DNA of 31,878 nucleotides from Armatimonadota bacterium (GCA_016235455.1 JACRKZ010000163.1:1-31878); one strand, 5' to 3'; counted from the stretch's first letter, positions 10,001 through 18,529 are shown. The notes: generated from the letters alone by a model not told the origin. Numbers and translations: made by a program.

Positions 10001-10031
10001 GCACCGGTTCAGCGGGCAGGCGCCGGGCTAG
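7002..10031 (+). CDS. Secreted GH78 alpha-L-rhamnosidase with inserted discoidin (F5/8 type C-like) domain
   Basis: Signal peptide MKHRPTLLL..AHA. Motifs LRCEY..DPLGVD...PRLSW, GLGEYEL, GGEDYDAR, YDLGQN, TDCPHREKLGWL, GLGDW, GATSLTEAW and SQNHFMLG. Confidence 0.93.
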   Translation: MKHRPTLLLIVSLLMSNIAHAVSVGQLRCEYRTDPLGVDIAAPRLSWTLDSGRQTAYQILADGLWDSGKVVSAASLNVRYAGRPLASSQRVTWRVRVWDEDDKPSAYSAPASFVMGLLADGDWQAQWIGSAAAAGARRARGYHAAEAGREDDVKWVQIDLGQARPLTTIRLHPMRHEGRDGFGFPLRYRVEIASDAAFATPTVVADQTAADVANPGVTPVAIDARGASARYVRVTATKLAKPTASFCFALSQIEVVSDGRNVAQGAAVTAKDTVELYGWGKDSLTDGTLRPGVGEQAASGSVMLRREITVRTGLRRALVHLCGLGEYELSLNDAKVGSDLFAPGWSKYDRTCLYETHDLTAALRPGANELRLLLGNGMYNVVGGRYTKFTGSFGPPKAIAHLRLEYADGTTDTVGTDDRWQASPGPLTFTCVYGGEDYDARWTPTWEPAAVVQGPGGALRGLSVSAPPVRAFEVLKPANIKELRPNVKVYDLGQNVALMPRLTARGPAGSTVRITPSELLRADGDLDDVACGGGGYWTYTLAGRGAESWAPAFYYRGARYLRVHCAGGAEVTALDGVVVHSSSTPVGGFECSNDLFNRIHTLVRWAQRSNMVSVLTDCPHREKLGWLEQYHLNGPSLRYEFDLAALFAKGMNDMADGQLANGLVPTIAPEYVKFGGDNRNAFGDSPEWGSAFVLVPWQQVEFDGDLDLLRARYDAMGRYVAYLGSRAREHIVDYGLGDWYDIGPRGPGESQLTPKALTATAIWYEDITVMLRAARLLGKIDDVARYEALAKAVGEAFNARFFNAGTGSYATGSQTANAMPLVLGLVSPERRAGVVDALVRDVQTKGLTAGDVGYRYLLRALADNGRSDVVFAMNNQSDKPGYGYQLKRGATSLTEAWDAGRGSSQNHFMLGQINEWFYHDLAGIQCDPAGPGFARIVIRPAIVGDLSWVKAHHDSPYGRIESSWRREGAAVTLEVTIPGNTTATVFVPGQAAGQTVGPGQHRFSGQAPG

Positions 10032-11323
10032 TTGGCGGGCGGCAGCGTGAACCAGAAGCAGGCGCCGGTGCCGGGCCCATCGGACTCGGCCCAGACGCGA
10101 CCGCCATGCACCTCGACGATGCGCCGCACCAGAGCCAGGCCGATCCCCGTGCCGCCGCGGCCCGGGTCGAGCTGCTCGAACAGCCGAAAGACGCGATCAG
10201 CGTAAGCCGGGTCAAACCCGACGCCATTGTCCCGCACGAACAGCAGGGGCCAGCCACTCACCGCGTCGGCGCCCGCACAACCGGCGGTGATGCGCGGCCG
10301 GGCCTGCTCGTCCGTGAAGCGCAGCGCGTTGTCGAGCAGGTTCTGGTAGATCTCCACCAGGCGCGGCCGATCGCCGCGCACGACTGGCAAGTCGCTGGCC
10401 ACCTCGAGCACCACCTCGCGGTCGAGCGCATCCCACGAGCCTGCCAGCAACTCGCGCGCTTGCGCCACAAGATCGGCTACCGCCACGGGCTCGGACGCGT
10501 TCGACAACCGACCGATGCGGGATAGTTCGAGCAGATCGTCGAGCAGCCGGGCCATGTGCTCCGAGGCGGCTTCGATGCGCGCCACGTGATCGTCGACCCG
10601 ATCGGTGCGGTGCGCACCGATATCCGCCTGGAGCCGGCCAACGAAACCCCGGATGGTGATCAGCGGGCTCTTGAGATCGTGCGAGGCCGTATACGTGAAC
10701 CGCTCCAGTTCGGCATTGGAGTCTTCCAGACGGCCGATCAGTGCGTCGCGTTCGGCCAGCGCCGCGCTGGCGTCGGCCAGGCTGGCGGTCAGTCGGTTGA
10801 CCACATAGCGCAGCGGCAAATAGCAGGCCAGCGCGAGCACGACGAACGACGTCGACCACGACCAGGTCCAGGACAGGCTGAGCTCGTGACCGGGTTGGGC
10901 CGGCAGCAGCCCCGAGCCATGGCCGACGCAGATCAGGACGGCGGTGAGCAAGGTTGCGGTGCACCACACGTCGGCCTGGCGACCGGGCAACAGCAGCCCG
11001 GCCAGGACCACCGTGGCCAGCAGCATCTGGAAGCCCGAGCCATGCGCGGCGTCGAGCGCCATCTGGGCGGCACCTCCCAGCAGCAGCACCAGAACCACCA
11101 CGGTCGCGCCAATCCGGCTCAACCGGACCATGGCCAACAGGAAGAGGAGATAGGCCAGCGTGATCGCCGCGGCCTGCCCCGATCGCCCGTCGGCCAGACT
11201 CCACCAGTCCGACGTCAGCGTCGACACTAATCCTGCCCAGGCGACGAAGCGCACCAGCGGGCGCGTGGCCTCCCGGCGCCACTCGTCCAGCGAGCCGTCA
11301 GCAATGCCGGGCTGCTCTGCCAT
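10028..11323 (-). CDS. Membrane-bound sensor histidine kinase (HisKA + HATPase_c)
   Basis: About six hydrophobic helices. H-box ELERFTYTASHDLKSPL, N-box QNLLDNAL, G1 VRDNGVGF, F-box VFRLFEQL, G2 GTGIGLAL. Confidence 0.93.
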   Translation of the reverse strand: MAEQPGIADGSLDEWRREATRPLVRFVAWAGLVSTLTSDWWSLADGRSGQAAAITLAYLLFLLAMVRLSRIGATVVVLVLLLGGAAQMALDAAHGSGFQMLLATVVLAGLLLPGRQADVWCTATLLTAVLICVGHGSGLLPAQPGHELSLSWTWSWSTSFVVLALACYLPLRYVVNRLTASLADASAALAERDALIGRLEDSNAELERFTYTASHDLKSPLITIRGFVGRLQADIGAHRTDRVDDHVARIEAASEHMARLLDDLLELSRIGRLSNASEPVAVADLVAQARELLAGSWDALDREVVLEVASDLPVVRGDRPRLVEIYQNLLDNALRFTDEQARPRITAGCAGADAVSGWPLLFVRDNGVGFDPAYADRVFRLFEQLDPGRGGTGIGLALVRRIVEVHGGRVWAESDGPGTGACFWFTLPPAN

Positions 11324-11339
11324 GGGAAGGCCCCCAATG

Positions 11340-12305
11340 CTACCCCGCGGGTGCAGCTGCCTGCCTGGCCGCCTCACGCCGCGCGCGCACCGCGCGCGCC
11401 GCGTCCTCACGCAGGTACCGCGCATCCTCGGCGCTCAGTCCCTTGGGCACGAAGCTGTTGTCGACCACGCCACCGTAGAGCACCTCGAACCACACACAGG
11501 CGCCCAGGTACTGGCCGGCGACGGAGGCGTGATGGCCGTCGTAGCCAAAGGTCGTCTTGCCCTTGGCATCGGTCGACCAGCGCCAGCCGACATGCAGCGA
11601 GTGCGGCTGAGCCGGCACCGTGGGCGCCGCGATGGTCTTGGGGTCGAACGCGGGGCCGGGCTTGAAGCCCCAGGCCGGATCGCTGTCGGCCAGCCAGAAG
11701 GCGTCGCCCACCGGCAGCAGCCCGACACCCAGCTCCTTGGCGATGGTCTCATAGGCGCTGGTGAGCTGGCGGTACATCGCCTCCTGGCTCGGCGGCTCGC
11801 CCGCCGCGGGCTTGGCCGGCCGGAAGCGCGGGTCGTCGCAACGGTAGGCCCACGTCTGGTGCAGCCAGAGCGTGGCGCTCGGCGCGTACTGCTTGATGAA
11901 CCCGGCCAGCTGCCCGGCGAACGGCCGGTACGTGTTGGCATCGTGGCTCTTGATGCTGGCCTGCTGGATGGTCACCACATCCCACTTCTCGGCGGACAAC
12001 TCCTCTTGCAGCGTCTTGCCCGAGCTGTAGCGTCCGCGCTTGTCCGTGGGATCGGCGGCCAACTGAGTGACCTTGTCCCAGTGCTGGGCCAGCGTGCCCC
12101 CGCCGATGGCGCACTGGTGCAGGATCAACTGGTGCCCAGCGGCCTTGACCAAGCTCGGCAGGTAGGTCGTGGCGTTCTGCGAGAAGCTGTTGCCCACCGC
12201 CAGCAGCCGCACGACCTTAGGCGCCGGCTGCGCCGCCACCGCGGTGCCGACCAGCAGCGACGCCAGAAGCACATGCCTCAACCGGATCGCCTTCATCGCG
12301 TTCAT
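11340..12305 (-). CDS. Secreted DUF4886-like SGNH/GDSL hydrolase (putative carbohydrate esterase)
   Basis: Signal peptide; LLAVGNSFS, WDVVTIQQAS, HQTWAY, LLPVGDAF, DGHHA...GQYLGACVWF. The start could instead be ATG 12296. Confidence 0.82.
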   Translation of the reverse strand: MNAMKAIRLRHVLLASLLVGTAVAAQPAPKVVRLLAVGNSFSQNATTYLPSLVKAAGHQLILHQCAIGGGTLAQHWDKVTQLAADPTDKRGRYSSGKTLQEELSAEKWDVVTIQQASIKSHDANTYRPFAGQLAGFIKQYAPSATLWLHQTWAYRCDDPRFRPAKPAAGEPPSQEAMYRQLTSAYETIAKELGVGLLPVGDAFWLADSDPAWGFKPGPAFDPKTIAAPTVPAQPHSLHVGWRWSTDAKGKTTFGYDGHHASVAGQYLGACVWFEVLYGGVVDNSFVPKGLSAEDARYLREDAARAVRARREAARQAAAPAG

Positions 12306-12353
12306 GCCCTGCCCTCGGCGGCGTGTTCGCGGTCGGCGCACGGTCACCTGCCG

Positions 12354-14900
12354 CTAGTGCCCTTCGTAGAGCACAAACCGCCCGCCGCTCAGGCCGGCTT
12401 CGTTGCGCAGGACCTTCGTTGTGCCGCCCAGAGTCTCGCTGACCGGCTTGTCGAAGGGATCGTTGTTGAAGCAGACCTCCATGGCCGCGGCGGTCATCTT
12501 CGACTCGCTGTTGACGAACATCGGCGCCAGCTTGCCCGAGTTGGTGACGCCGATCTCGCCGCCGAGGATCTCGCTGCGGCCGCCGCCGCGCGTCTCCCAC
12601 TGCACGCCGCCGCCCTCGGTCTTGAAGCCCAGCGCCCACACCGTGCCACCGTCGTTGAGCACGTGCAGGCCGGGGTCGCTGTTGCGCTCGGAGTTGAACT
12701 GCCGGGCCCAGACGTTCTGCCGGGTGAAGGTGAACGCGCTGCCCACCACATCCTCGATGAACAGGTCGCCCGTGCCGGTGTTGCGATAGCAGGCGGCGCC
12801 CTGGTAGTTGCACTGGATCTGGCGCAGCACGAGCGTGCGCCTGGCATCGTGCGAGATGAACCAGAACGGCCCGCCCGAGAAGTCGGTGTCCAGTCGCTCC
12901 AGCGAGACCACCGGCTCGGCGCCATCCTCGAGCCGGAACATCGGCGCGGCGGTCGTGCGCAGCGCGCCGGCCACCTTGAGCCAGGGCTTGCCGCCCAACA
13001 CGCGCCTCACCTTGCCGCGCAGAACCACCGTGGCATCCATATCGTATTCGCCGCGCGGCAGGAAGACCGTGGTTGCGCCGGAGTCGATGGCGGTCTGGAT
13101 GGCCGCCGCGTTGCGGCCCTTGACCACCGCCCAGCCGGCTGGGTCGTCCCACGGCACGTTCGGCGTCTCCCGGATGGGCAGGTTCAGCGTGCCGGTCGCC
13201 GTGCCGCCGAGCAAAGTGGCCGCCGGCGCCCGGAACTCGACCACGGCCGGGCCGCGCACCGTCTGCTTCTCGCCGAACCGGTTGTCGAGGGCCACCGCGT
13301 AGCCCCGCGTGGTGACATTGCGCGCGATGATCGCGTGCTCGTTGACGACGGCGGGCAGGTCCTTGGCCGCGCCTTCACCCACCAGATCACAGTCGATGAG
13401 CATCAGCAGGCCCGAGGCGTTGTGCACCGCCGGCACATCGTTGAGGCTGGTCAGTCCGCGCACACTCAGCGGCTGCCCGCCGTTGTGCAGGCCTGCCTTG
13501 TTCTGGTGTTCCAGGCGCAGGTTCTCGATGGTCTCGCTGGCCAGAATGCCCGCCGTCTGCACACCGTAGTCGAAGCCCACCACCTTGAGCCGGGCGATCA
13601 GCAGCGGACCTTCTTCGTTGGTATAGGCCATATCCAGCCCGGCCACGCCCTGGCCGTCACCCGACACGATGGCCACGTCGTAGACCCCGCCCTGGTTGTT
13701 GGCGATGAACCGTAGCGCACAGCAGCCGGGGTTGTCCGCGCCGCTGTCCAGCGTGAGGTTGCGCACTTCGTTGCCAAAGCGCTGGGCCGGAGCGTAGCCG
13801 GTGTAGACCATGGCCCGTGGCTTGCGCGGGTCGGCATAGCCGGGGCAGGCGTCCTTGAGCACGATCACCGTGCCGTCGCGGCTCTGGCCCTGGAGCGTCG
13901 TGCGCTTTCCGGAGTCGTCCCGCCCCGTGGGCCAGGTCAGCGTGTTGGAGATGCGGTAGACGCCATTGGGCAGGTAGATGATGGCACCCGCATTGGGATG
14001 GTCGTCCAGCGCCTTCTGGATCGCCGCCGTGTCGTCGGCGACGCCGTCACCCTTGGCCAGGTACGGCGCTCTGGTCACGTCGATGATGCCGGCGTCGGCA
14101 GGGAAGACGATGTTCTCCGCGCCGGCCAGCGGCTCACCCACGCGCAGCTTGGGGTGCGTCGGCCGCGGGTACCTGGCCACGCGCGCGGCGGCGGGGGTCC
14201 AGGCCACGTCGGCGTTGGCAAAGCGCACCTTGGCCATGCCGCTGCAGTCGTTGCCCTTGTAGTTGGAGCGGATGTCGAACCGGAACCAGCGCGCGCGCAC
14301 GGTCTTGGCGAACCGCACCGCCTGGCCCGTGTAGTCGTCGCGCCCGGTGGCCTGCTCGAGGACGTAGGTACCGACGGGCTGGTAGTCCTTGCCGTCGGAG
14401 CTGGCCAGGATGTCCAGGTCCTTCACGCTGCGGGCCTGCCACCCGGTCTCGTTGTAGTTCCACACATAAACGCCCGCCACATTCTGCTCCGCGCCCAGGT
14501 CGAACACGAGCCAGCTGGCGGGTGCGCTGCCAGCGCCGTTCCACATGCAGGCTCCGCCTTCGTAGATGTTGTTCGTGTGCGTGTAGACGCCGCTGCCGGG
14601 GAATGTCTCACCCCAGCCCGAGGAGTCGATGAGCTTGGCCGGGAAGCGGCCCGCTCCGTCCTGGCAGTCCTTGGCCGTGACCTCCACCGGCGTGATGAAC
14701 GCTCCCAGCGTGGCGGTCGGCGCGGTTGGCGGCGACAGCACCAGCTTGCCGCCCACCACCTTCTCGACGAACAGCCTCACACCCCCCACGGTCAGCGCCT
14801 GACCCGGCCGGAAGTTGGCCTCCAGCAACGCCTGCGGGTCCTCGGCCCAAGCCAGCCCCGCCACCACGGCCAACAACACCAGCCACCCTCTCCTCACCAT
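12354..14900 (-). CDS. Secreted GH55/Pectate_lyase_3-type right-handed beta-helix glycanase with N-terminal discoidin-like domain
   Basis: RBS GGGAGG; signal peptide. Discoidin-like WLVFDLG..VYVWNYN..ARWFRF. Motifs IIDVTRAPYLAKGDGVADDTAAIQKAL and IYLPNGVYRIS, with a second repeat AAAIQTAIDSGATTVFLPRGEY, plus VWARQFNSE and WALGFKTE. Confidence 0.82.
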   Translation of the reverse strand: MVRRGWLVLLAVVAGLAWAEDPQALLEANFRPGQALTVGGVRLFVEKVVGGKLVLSPPTAPTATLGAFITPVEVTAKDCQDGAGRFPAKLIDSSGWGETFPGSGVYTHTNNIYEGGACMWNGAGSAPASWLVFDLGAEQNVAGVYVWNYNETGWQARSVKDLDILASSDGKDYQPVGTYVLEQATGRDDYTGQAVRFAKTVRARWFRFDIRSNYKGNDCSGMAKVRFANADVAWTPAAARVARYPRPTHPKLRVGEPLAGAENIVFPADAGIIDVTRAPYLAKGDGVADDTAAIQKALDDHPNAGAIIYLPNGVYRISNTLTWPTGRDDSGKRTTLQGQSRDGTVIVLKDACPGYADPRKPRAMVYTGYAPAQRFGNEVRNLTLDSGADNPGCCALRFIANNQGGVYDVAIVSGDGQGVAGLDMAYTNEEGPLLIARLKVVGFDYGVQTAGILASETIENLRLEHQNKAGLHNGGQPLSVRGLTSLNDVPAVHNASGLLMLIDCDLVGEGAAKDLPAVVNEHAIIARNVTTRGYAVALDNRFGEKQTVRGPAVVEFRAPAATLLGGTATGTLNLPIRETPNVPWDDPAGWAVVKGRNAAAIQTAIDSGATTVFLPRGEYDMDATVVLRGKVRRVLGGKPWLKVAGALRTTAAPMFRLEDGAEPVVSLERLDTDFSGGPFWFISHDARRTLVLRQIQCNYQGAACYRNTGTGDLFIEDVVGSAFTFTRQNVWARQFNSERNSDPGLHVLNDGGTVWALGFKTEGGGVQWETRGGGRSEILGGEIGVTNSGKLAPMFVNSESKMTAAAMEVCFNNDPFDKPVSETLGGTTKVLRNEAGLSGGRFVLYEGH

Positions 14901-14913
14901 CGCGCGCCTCCCA

Positions 14914-14942
14914 TTGACGGTCTTGCCGCACCGCTGTATCAT
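14914..14942 (+). promoter_or_regulatory. sigma70-type promoter for the GntR/LacI regulator
   Basis: TTGACG (14914-14919), 17-nt spacer, TATCAT (14937-14942). Confidence 0.65.
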
Positions 14943-14968
14943 CATCTGTATCACTTGAGAGATACAGA
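14934..14968. promoter_or_regulatory. Putative operator: inverted repeat plus extra half-site
   Basis: TCTGTATC-N8-GATACAGA (14945-14968), plus a direct repeat CTGTATCA at 14934 and 14946, in an AT-rich divergent intergenic region. Confidence 0.65.
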
Positions 14969-14995
14969 CGACACCAGGCACCCGGAGGTTCCAGC

Positions 14996-16150
14996 GTGGC
15001 ACCCGATTCTGGCAAGCGCCTGCCAGTCACCAAGCGCGTACTGCTGGCGCGGCATATCGAGGACGATCTGCGCCGGCGGATCGCCGTGGGCGATCTTGGG
15101 TTGGGCCAGTCGTTGCCCAGCCGGCGCGACCTGGCCGAGCAGTACGGCGTGGCCTTGGGCACCTTGCAGCGCGCCGTGGCCAGCCTCTTGGCCGAGGGAG
15201 TGCTCAGCGCCGACGCCCGGCGCGGCACGTTCGTCGCGGGGCAGCCGTCGGCGTCCACGGCGGGGCCGAAGGTGGCGCGGTTGGGCGTGGTGGCGCTCTA
15301 TCAGCCCGAGGACGGCACCGACGAGGACAACTGGGGCTACTGGACACTGAAAGCGTTTGAGCGCGAGGCGAGCGATCTGGGCGCGGTGATCTCGACGGTG
15401 GACGCACAGCCGGCCGATCCGAGCCAGGCCGTGCGCGACGCCGTCGAGGCCGGCGCGGGCGCGCTGCTGCTGCTGGTGCTCAAGCATCCGTGCCGCGACG
15501 CCCCGGTGCTCGCGGCCCTGGCCGAGGCCGAGCGCGCCGGTCTGCCCGTGGTCATGGTCTCCGACCGGCGCGGTCCCTTGCCGGTCACGCGGCTGCGCGT
15601 CGACGAGTGGCACGGCGGCTATCTGGCCGCGCAGCACCTGCTGGCGGCGGGCTATGAGCAGGTGGCCTTCCTCTCGGCGCACACCGATAGCTGGACCACG
15701 GAACGGGCCGCCGGCGCCGTGGCGGCACTCGAGGTGCTGTCGCCCGGCCAGCCGCTGCACATGCGCTGGGCCAGTTCGCAGCCGCTGTCGGCCTATCTGG
15801 CGCTGTCGCCTGAGCAGCGCGCCGCCTGCTGGCGCAAGCTGATTGTAGGTCTGCCGAGTTCGGGCGCTCTGGGGCTCGTCTGTCCTACCGACAGCGAGGC
15901 CGCGCTGGCGGCCGCGGTCTGCCGCGAGGGTGGCTGGGTCGTCGGCCGGCAGGTGGGCATTGTCGGCTACGACAACTCGCCACTGGCCCGCGCCGCGGGC
16001 CTGACCAGCATGCGTCAGCCCATCGAGGAGCTCGGCGAGACCGCCGCGCGCTTGCTCCAGCGCGCGCTGGCCGGCGAGCGGCTACCCAGCGAGATGCCAC
16101 TGCCCTTCCATCTCGTGGCCCGCCAGAGCACCGACCGCCGCGGCGACTGA
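14996..16150 (+). CDS. GntR-type wHTH + LacI-type sugar-binding transcriptional regulator (AraR-like architecture)
   Basis: RBS GGAGGT and GTG start. LPSRRDLAEQYGVALGTLQRAVASLLAEGVL...RRGTFV, then VDEWHGGYLAAQHLL, IVGYDN, LTSMRQP and LVARQST. Confidence 0.92.
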   Translation: MAPDSGKRLPVTKRVLLARHIEDDLRRRIAVGDLGLGQSLPSRRDLAEQYGVALGTLQRAVASLLAEGVLSADARRGTFVAGQPSASTAGPKVARLGVVALYQPEDGTDEDNWGYWTLKAFEREASDLGAVISTVDAQPADPSQAVRDAVEAGAGALLLLVLKHPCRDAPVLAALAEAERAGLPVVMVSDRRGPLPVTRLRVDEWHGGYLAAQHLLAAGYEQVAFLSAHTDSWTTERAAGAVAALEVLSPGQPLHMRWASSQPLSAYLALSPEQRAACWRKLIVGLPSSGALGLVCPTDSEAALAAAVCREGGWVVGRQVGIVGYDNSPLARAAGLTSMRQPIEELGETAARLLQRALAGERLPSEMPLPFHLVARQSTDRRGD

Positions 16151-16226
16151 CCCAGCTCGCAACAACTTGCCAACAAGGACTCGGCCCGCGTGGCGCGAAC
16201 CCGTCACCACGCCCAGGAGCGCCGCG

Positions 16227-17255
16227 ATGACCAGCCGTGAACGCGTGTTGACCGCCTTCGACCACCGCGAGCCCGACCGCGTGCCGCTGTGGTACGGCGC
16301 CTCCGACGGCCTGACGGCGAGACTGCGCGCGCACTGCGGGTGCGCCGACGACGAAGCCCTGCAGGACCGCCTGCACATCGACTTCCGGCGGGTGCACGGG
16401 CGCTATATCGGGCCGGATCTGGGCCGCACCACGATCTGGGGCGTCGAGCGCGACGGCGCCTACTACGGCATGCCCACCAGCCATCCGCTGGCCGGCGTGA
16501 CCACGGTCGAGGAGGTGGCCGCCTACCCACTGTGGCCCTCGCCCGATTGGTTCGACTGGTCGGGCCTGCGTGCGCAATGCGAGGCCTGGCGCGAGTATGC
16601 GGTGATCGGCGGGCCGTGGGTGGTGGTCTTCACCGACGCCACCGAACTGGTCGGCATGGCCGAGTTCTTCGAGAAAATGTACACCCACCCCGAAGTCATG
16701 CAGGCCGTGCTGGACCGCGTCGCCGATTTCTACTACGAGTTGGCCACGCGCTGCTTCGAGGCGGCGGCCGACGCCTTCGAGATCTTCTTCTTCGGCGACG
16801 ATTTTGGCACCCAGGAGTCGCTGATCATCTCACCGAAGGCCTGGCGCGAGTTCTGCAAGCCCAACATCCGCCGTTTCGTCGAGCTGGGCCATCAGGCTGA
16901 CCTGGAGGTCATGTTCCACTCGTGCGGCGCGGTGACCTCGATCCTCGACGATCTGGTCGATCTCGGGCTCGATGCGCTCAACCCCATCCAGCCGGCGGCC
17001 AAGGGCATGGATCTGGCCCGGCTCAAGGCCGACTACGGCGCGCACCTGACCTTCCACGGCGCGCTTGACCACCAGCACATCCTGCCGTTTGGCACACCCG
17101 ACGAGGTGCGCGCCGAAGTGCGTCGCGTGCTCGACATCATGGCGCCCGGCGGCGGGTTCTGCCTGGCGCCGAGCCACGACCTGCTGCTCGATGAGTTCCC
17201 GCCGGAGAACATCGTCGCCATGTACGACGAGGCAGCGGAGTATGGGCGCTACTGA
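16227..17255 (+). CDS. Uroporphyrinogen decarboxylase/MtaA-CmuA superfamily protein (not canonical HemE)
   Basis: RBS AGGAG; MTSRERVL.AFDHREPDRVP, GDDFGTQ, FHSCG, LNPIQP, GTPDEVRAEV, GGGFCLAPSH, PPENIVAM. No RQAGR motif. Confidence 0.88.
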   Translation: MTSRERVLTAFDHREPDRVPLWYGASDGLTARLRAHCGCADDEALQDRLHIDFRRVHGRYIGPDLGRTTIWGVERDGAYYGMPTSHPLAGVTTVEEVAAYPLWPSPDWFDWSGLRAQCEAWREYAVIGGPWVVVFTDATELVGMAEFFEKMYTHPEVMQAVLDRVADFYYELATRCFEAAADAFEIFFFGDDFGTQESLIISPKAWREFCKPNIRRFVELGHQADLEVMFHSCGAVTSILDDLVDLGLDALNPIQPAAKGMDLARLKADYGAHLTFHGALDHQHILPFGTPDEVRAEVRRVLDIMAPGGGFCLAPSHDLLLDEFPPENIVAMYDEAAEYGRY

Positions 17256-17344
17256 CGGACCCACCTGGGCGGCCCAGAGCGGGAGGTGCCTGGTCGGCGC
17301 AGGCGAAACAACCGGCATCGCGCGCCCGCAAGGGAGGCCATGCC

Positions 17345-18529
17345 ATGTCACGTTGCGCCGTGTCGGCCCGCCGTCTCACGCTGCTGGTGCTATGTGCCGC
17401 GCTGTCGGGCTGCGGGGTCATGCGTCGGGCCAAGACCCAGCTCTTCCCGCCGTGCAAGACGCTGGAGCAAGCGGTCAGGAGCCGATGGCCGGCCGAGGTC
17501 AGCCGGCTTATCCAGGCTGGCGCCGATGTCAACAAGCTGGCGTCCGACGGCACGCCGCTACTCATCCACGCTATCAGGGCGGATAGTGAGCCCATTGCCC
17601 GACTACTCCTCAACGCCGGCGCCGACCCCAATGCCAAGGCGACGGCAGACTACCTTGGGGAGAACGGCCGTCCGCCGCCACCGGGCTATGAGGTGACCGA
17701 GGCGGCCCGGCGCGAGGAGAGGGTGGCCTTGTGCGCGCTCGAGGTGGCCATCATACGGAAGCAGCGAGCCACCGTCGCCGACCTGCTCGATGCCAAGGCC
17801 GATCTGAGAGCCATGAATGTGCGCGGCCTGACGCCGTTGCACTGGGCGGCGCACTACGCGCGCACCGACATCGTGGAGTTGCTGCTCGAGCGAGGTGCTC
17901 CCGTCGACCTGCTGACACGGTTCGGCCAGAGCGCGCTGGAGATCGTGGTCTCTGGCGGCTATGCCACGGGCAACATGTACTGCGGCTGGGAGGGCGAACT
18001 GCTGGCCGCGCGCGACACGGCGGCGCTGCTCATCAACCATGGCGCGGACCTGCGCCGGCCGTTGACGAACGGCAACACACTCCTGATCGAGGCGTGTCAG
18101 CCGGTCAGTGCCGGCGCCATCCGGCGCGACATGGCCATGCTGCTCATCGACAAGGGGCTCGACTGCCGCGCCACCACCACAGAAGGGCTGACCGCCTTGT
18201 GGTACGCCTGCCACAGCGAAGCCAACCAGGACCTGCTGACGGTGGTCAGGGCGCTTCTGGCCCACGGCGCGGAACCGAACGAGGGGTGTGACCGCCAAGG
18301 CATGCGCGCGCTGCACTACGTCTGTGCCACCGAGGCCCGGCGCGCGGCCCGACAGAAAGCCGAGAGCCCCGAGGCAGCGGACCTCGTGCGTGCGCTGCTG
18401 GCCGCAGGAGCCGACCCGCTGGCCAAGAACGGCGAGGGCCGAACGCCGCTGGCCATCCTCGACCCCGAGCTCTGCCCCGAGACGGCCAAAGTGCTGGGCC
18501 GGGCCCGGCCTACCAAGCCAACCGCTTGA
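17345..18529 (+). CDS. Ankyrin-repeat protein, probable lipoprotein
   Basis: RBS GGAGG; hydrophobic segment and lipobox LSGC. Ankyrin repeats GTPLLIHA..LLLNAGADPN, GLTPLHWAA..IVELLLERGA, GLTALWYAC..LLAHGAEPN, LLAAGADP..KNGEGRTPL. Confidence 0.88.
   Translation: MSRCAVSARRLTLLVLCAALSGCGVMRRAKTQLFPPCKTLEQAVRSRWPAEVSRLIQAGADVNKLASDGTPLLIHAIRADSEPIARLLLNAGADPNAKATADYLGENGRPPPPGYEVTEAARREERVALCALEVAIIRKQRATVADLLDAKADLRAMNVRGLTPLHWAAHYARTDIVELLLERGAPVDLLTRFGQSALEIVVSGGYATGNMYCGWEGELLAARDTAALLINHGADLRRPLTNGNTLLIEACQPVSAGAIRRDMAMLLIDKGLDCRATTTEGLTALWYACHSEANQDLLTVVRALLAHGAEPNEGCDRQGMRALHYVCATEARRAARQKAESPEAADLVRALLAAGADPLAKNGEGRTPLAILDPELCPETAKVLGRARPTKPTA

Noticed and set aside
2481-13715. Very long antisense or alternate-frame ORFs (e.g. 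2481-5132 -, 6906-10004 -, 11160-13715 +)
   Set aside because: Shadow ORFs expected in high-GC DNA; they overlap well-supported genes and have no recognisable motifs.
2472-15002. Upstream ORF-track starts (2472, 4876, 6921, 7020, 11425, 12347, 15002)
   Set aside because: Downstream ATGs are better supported by RBS and/or signal peptides, and they avoid overlaps with neighbouring genes or promoters.
16227-17255. Calling the UROD-like genes hemE
   Set aside because: No RQAGR porphyrinogen-binding motif, an HxC metal motif is present, and there are no heme biosynthesis neighbours.
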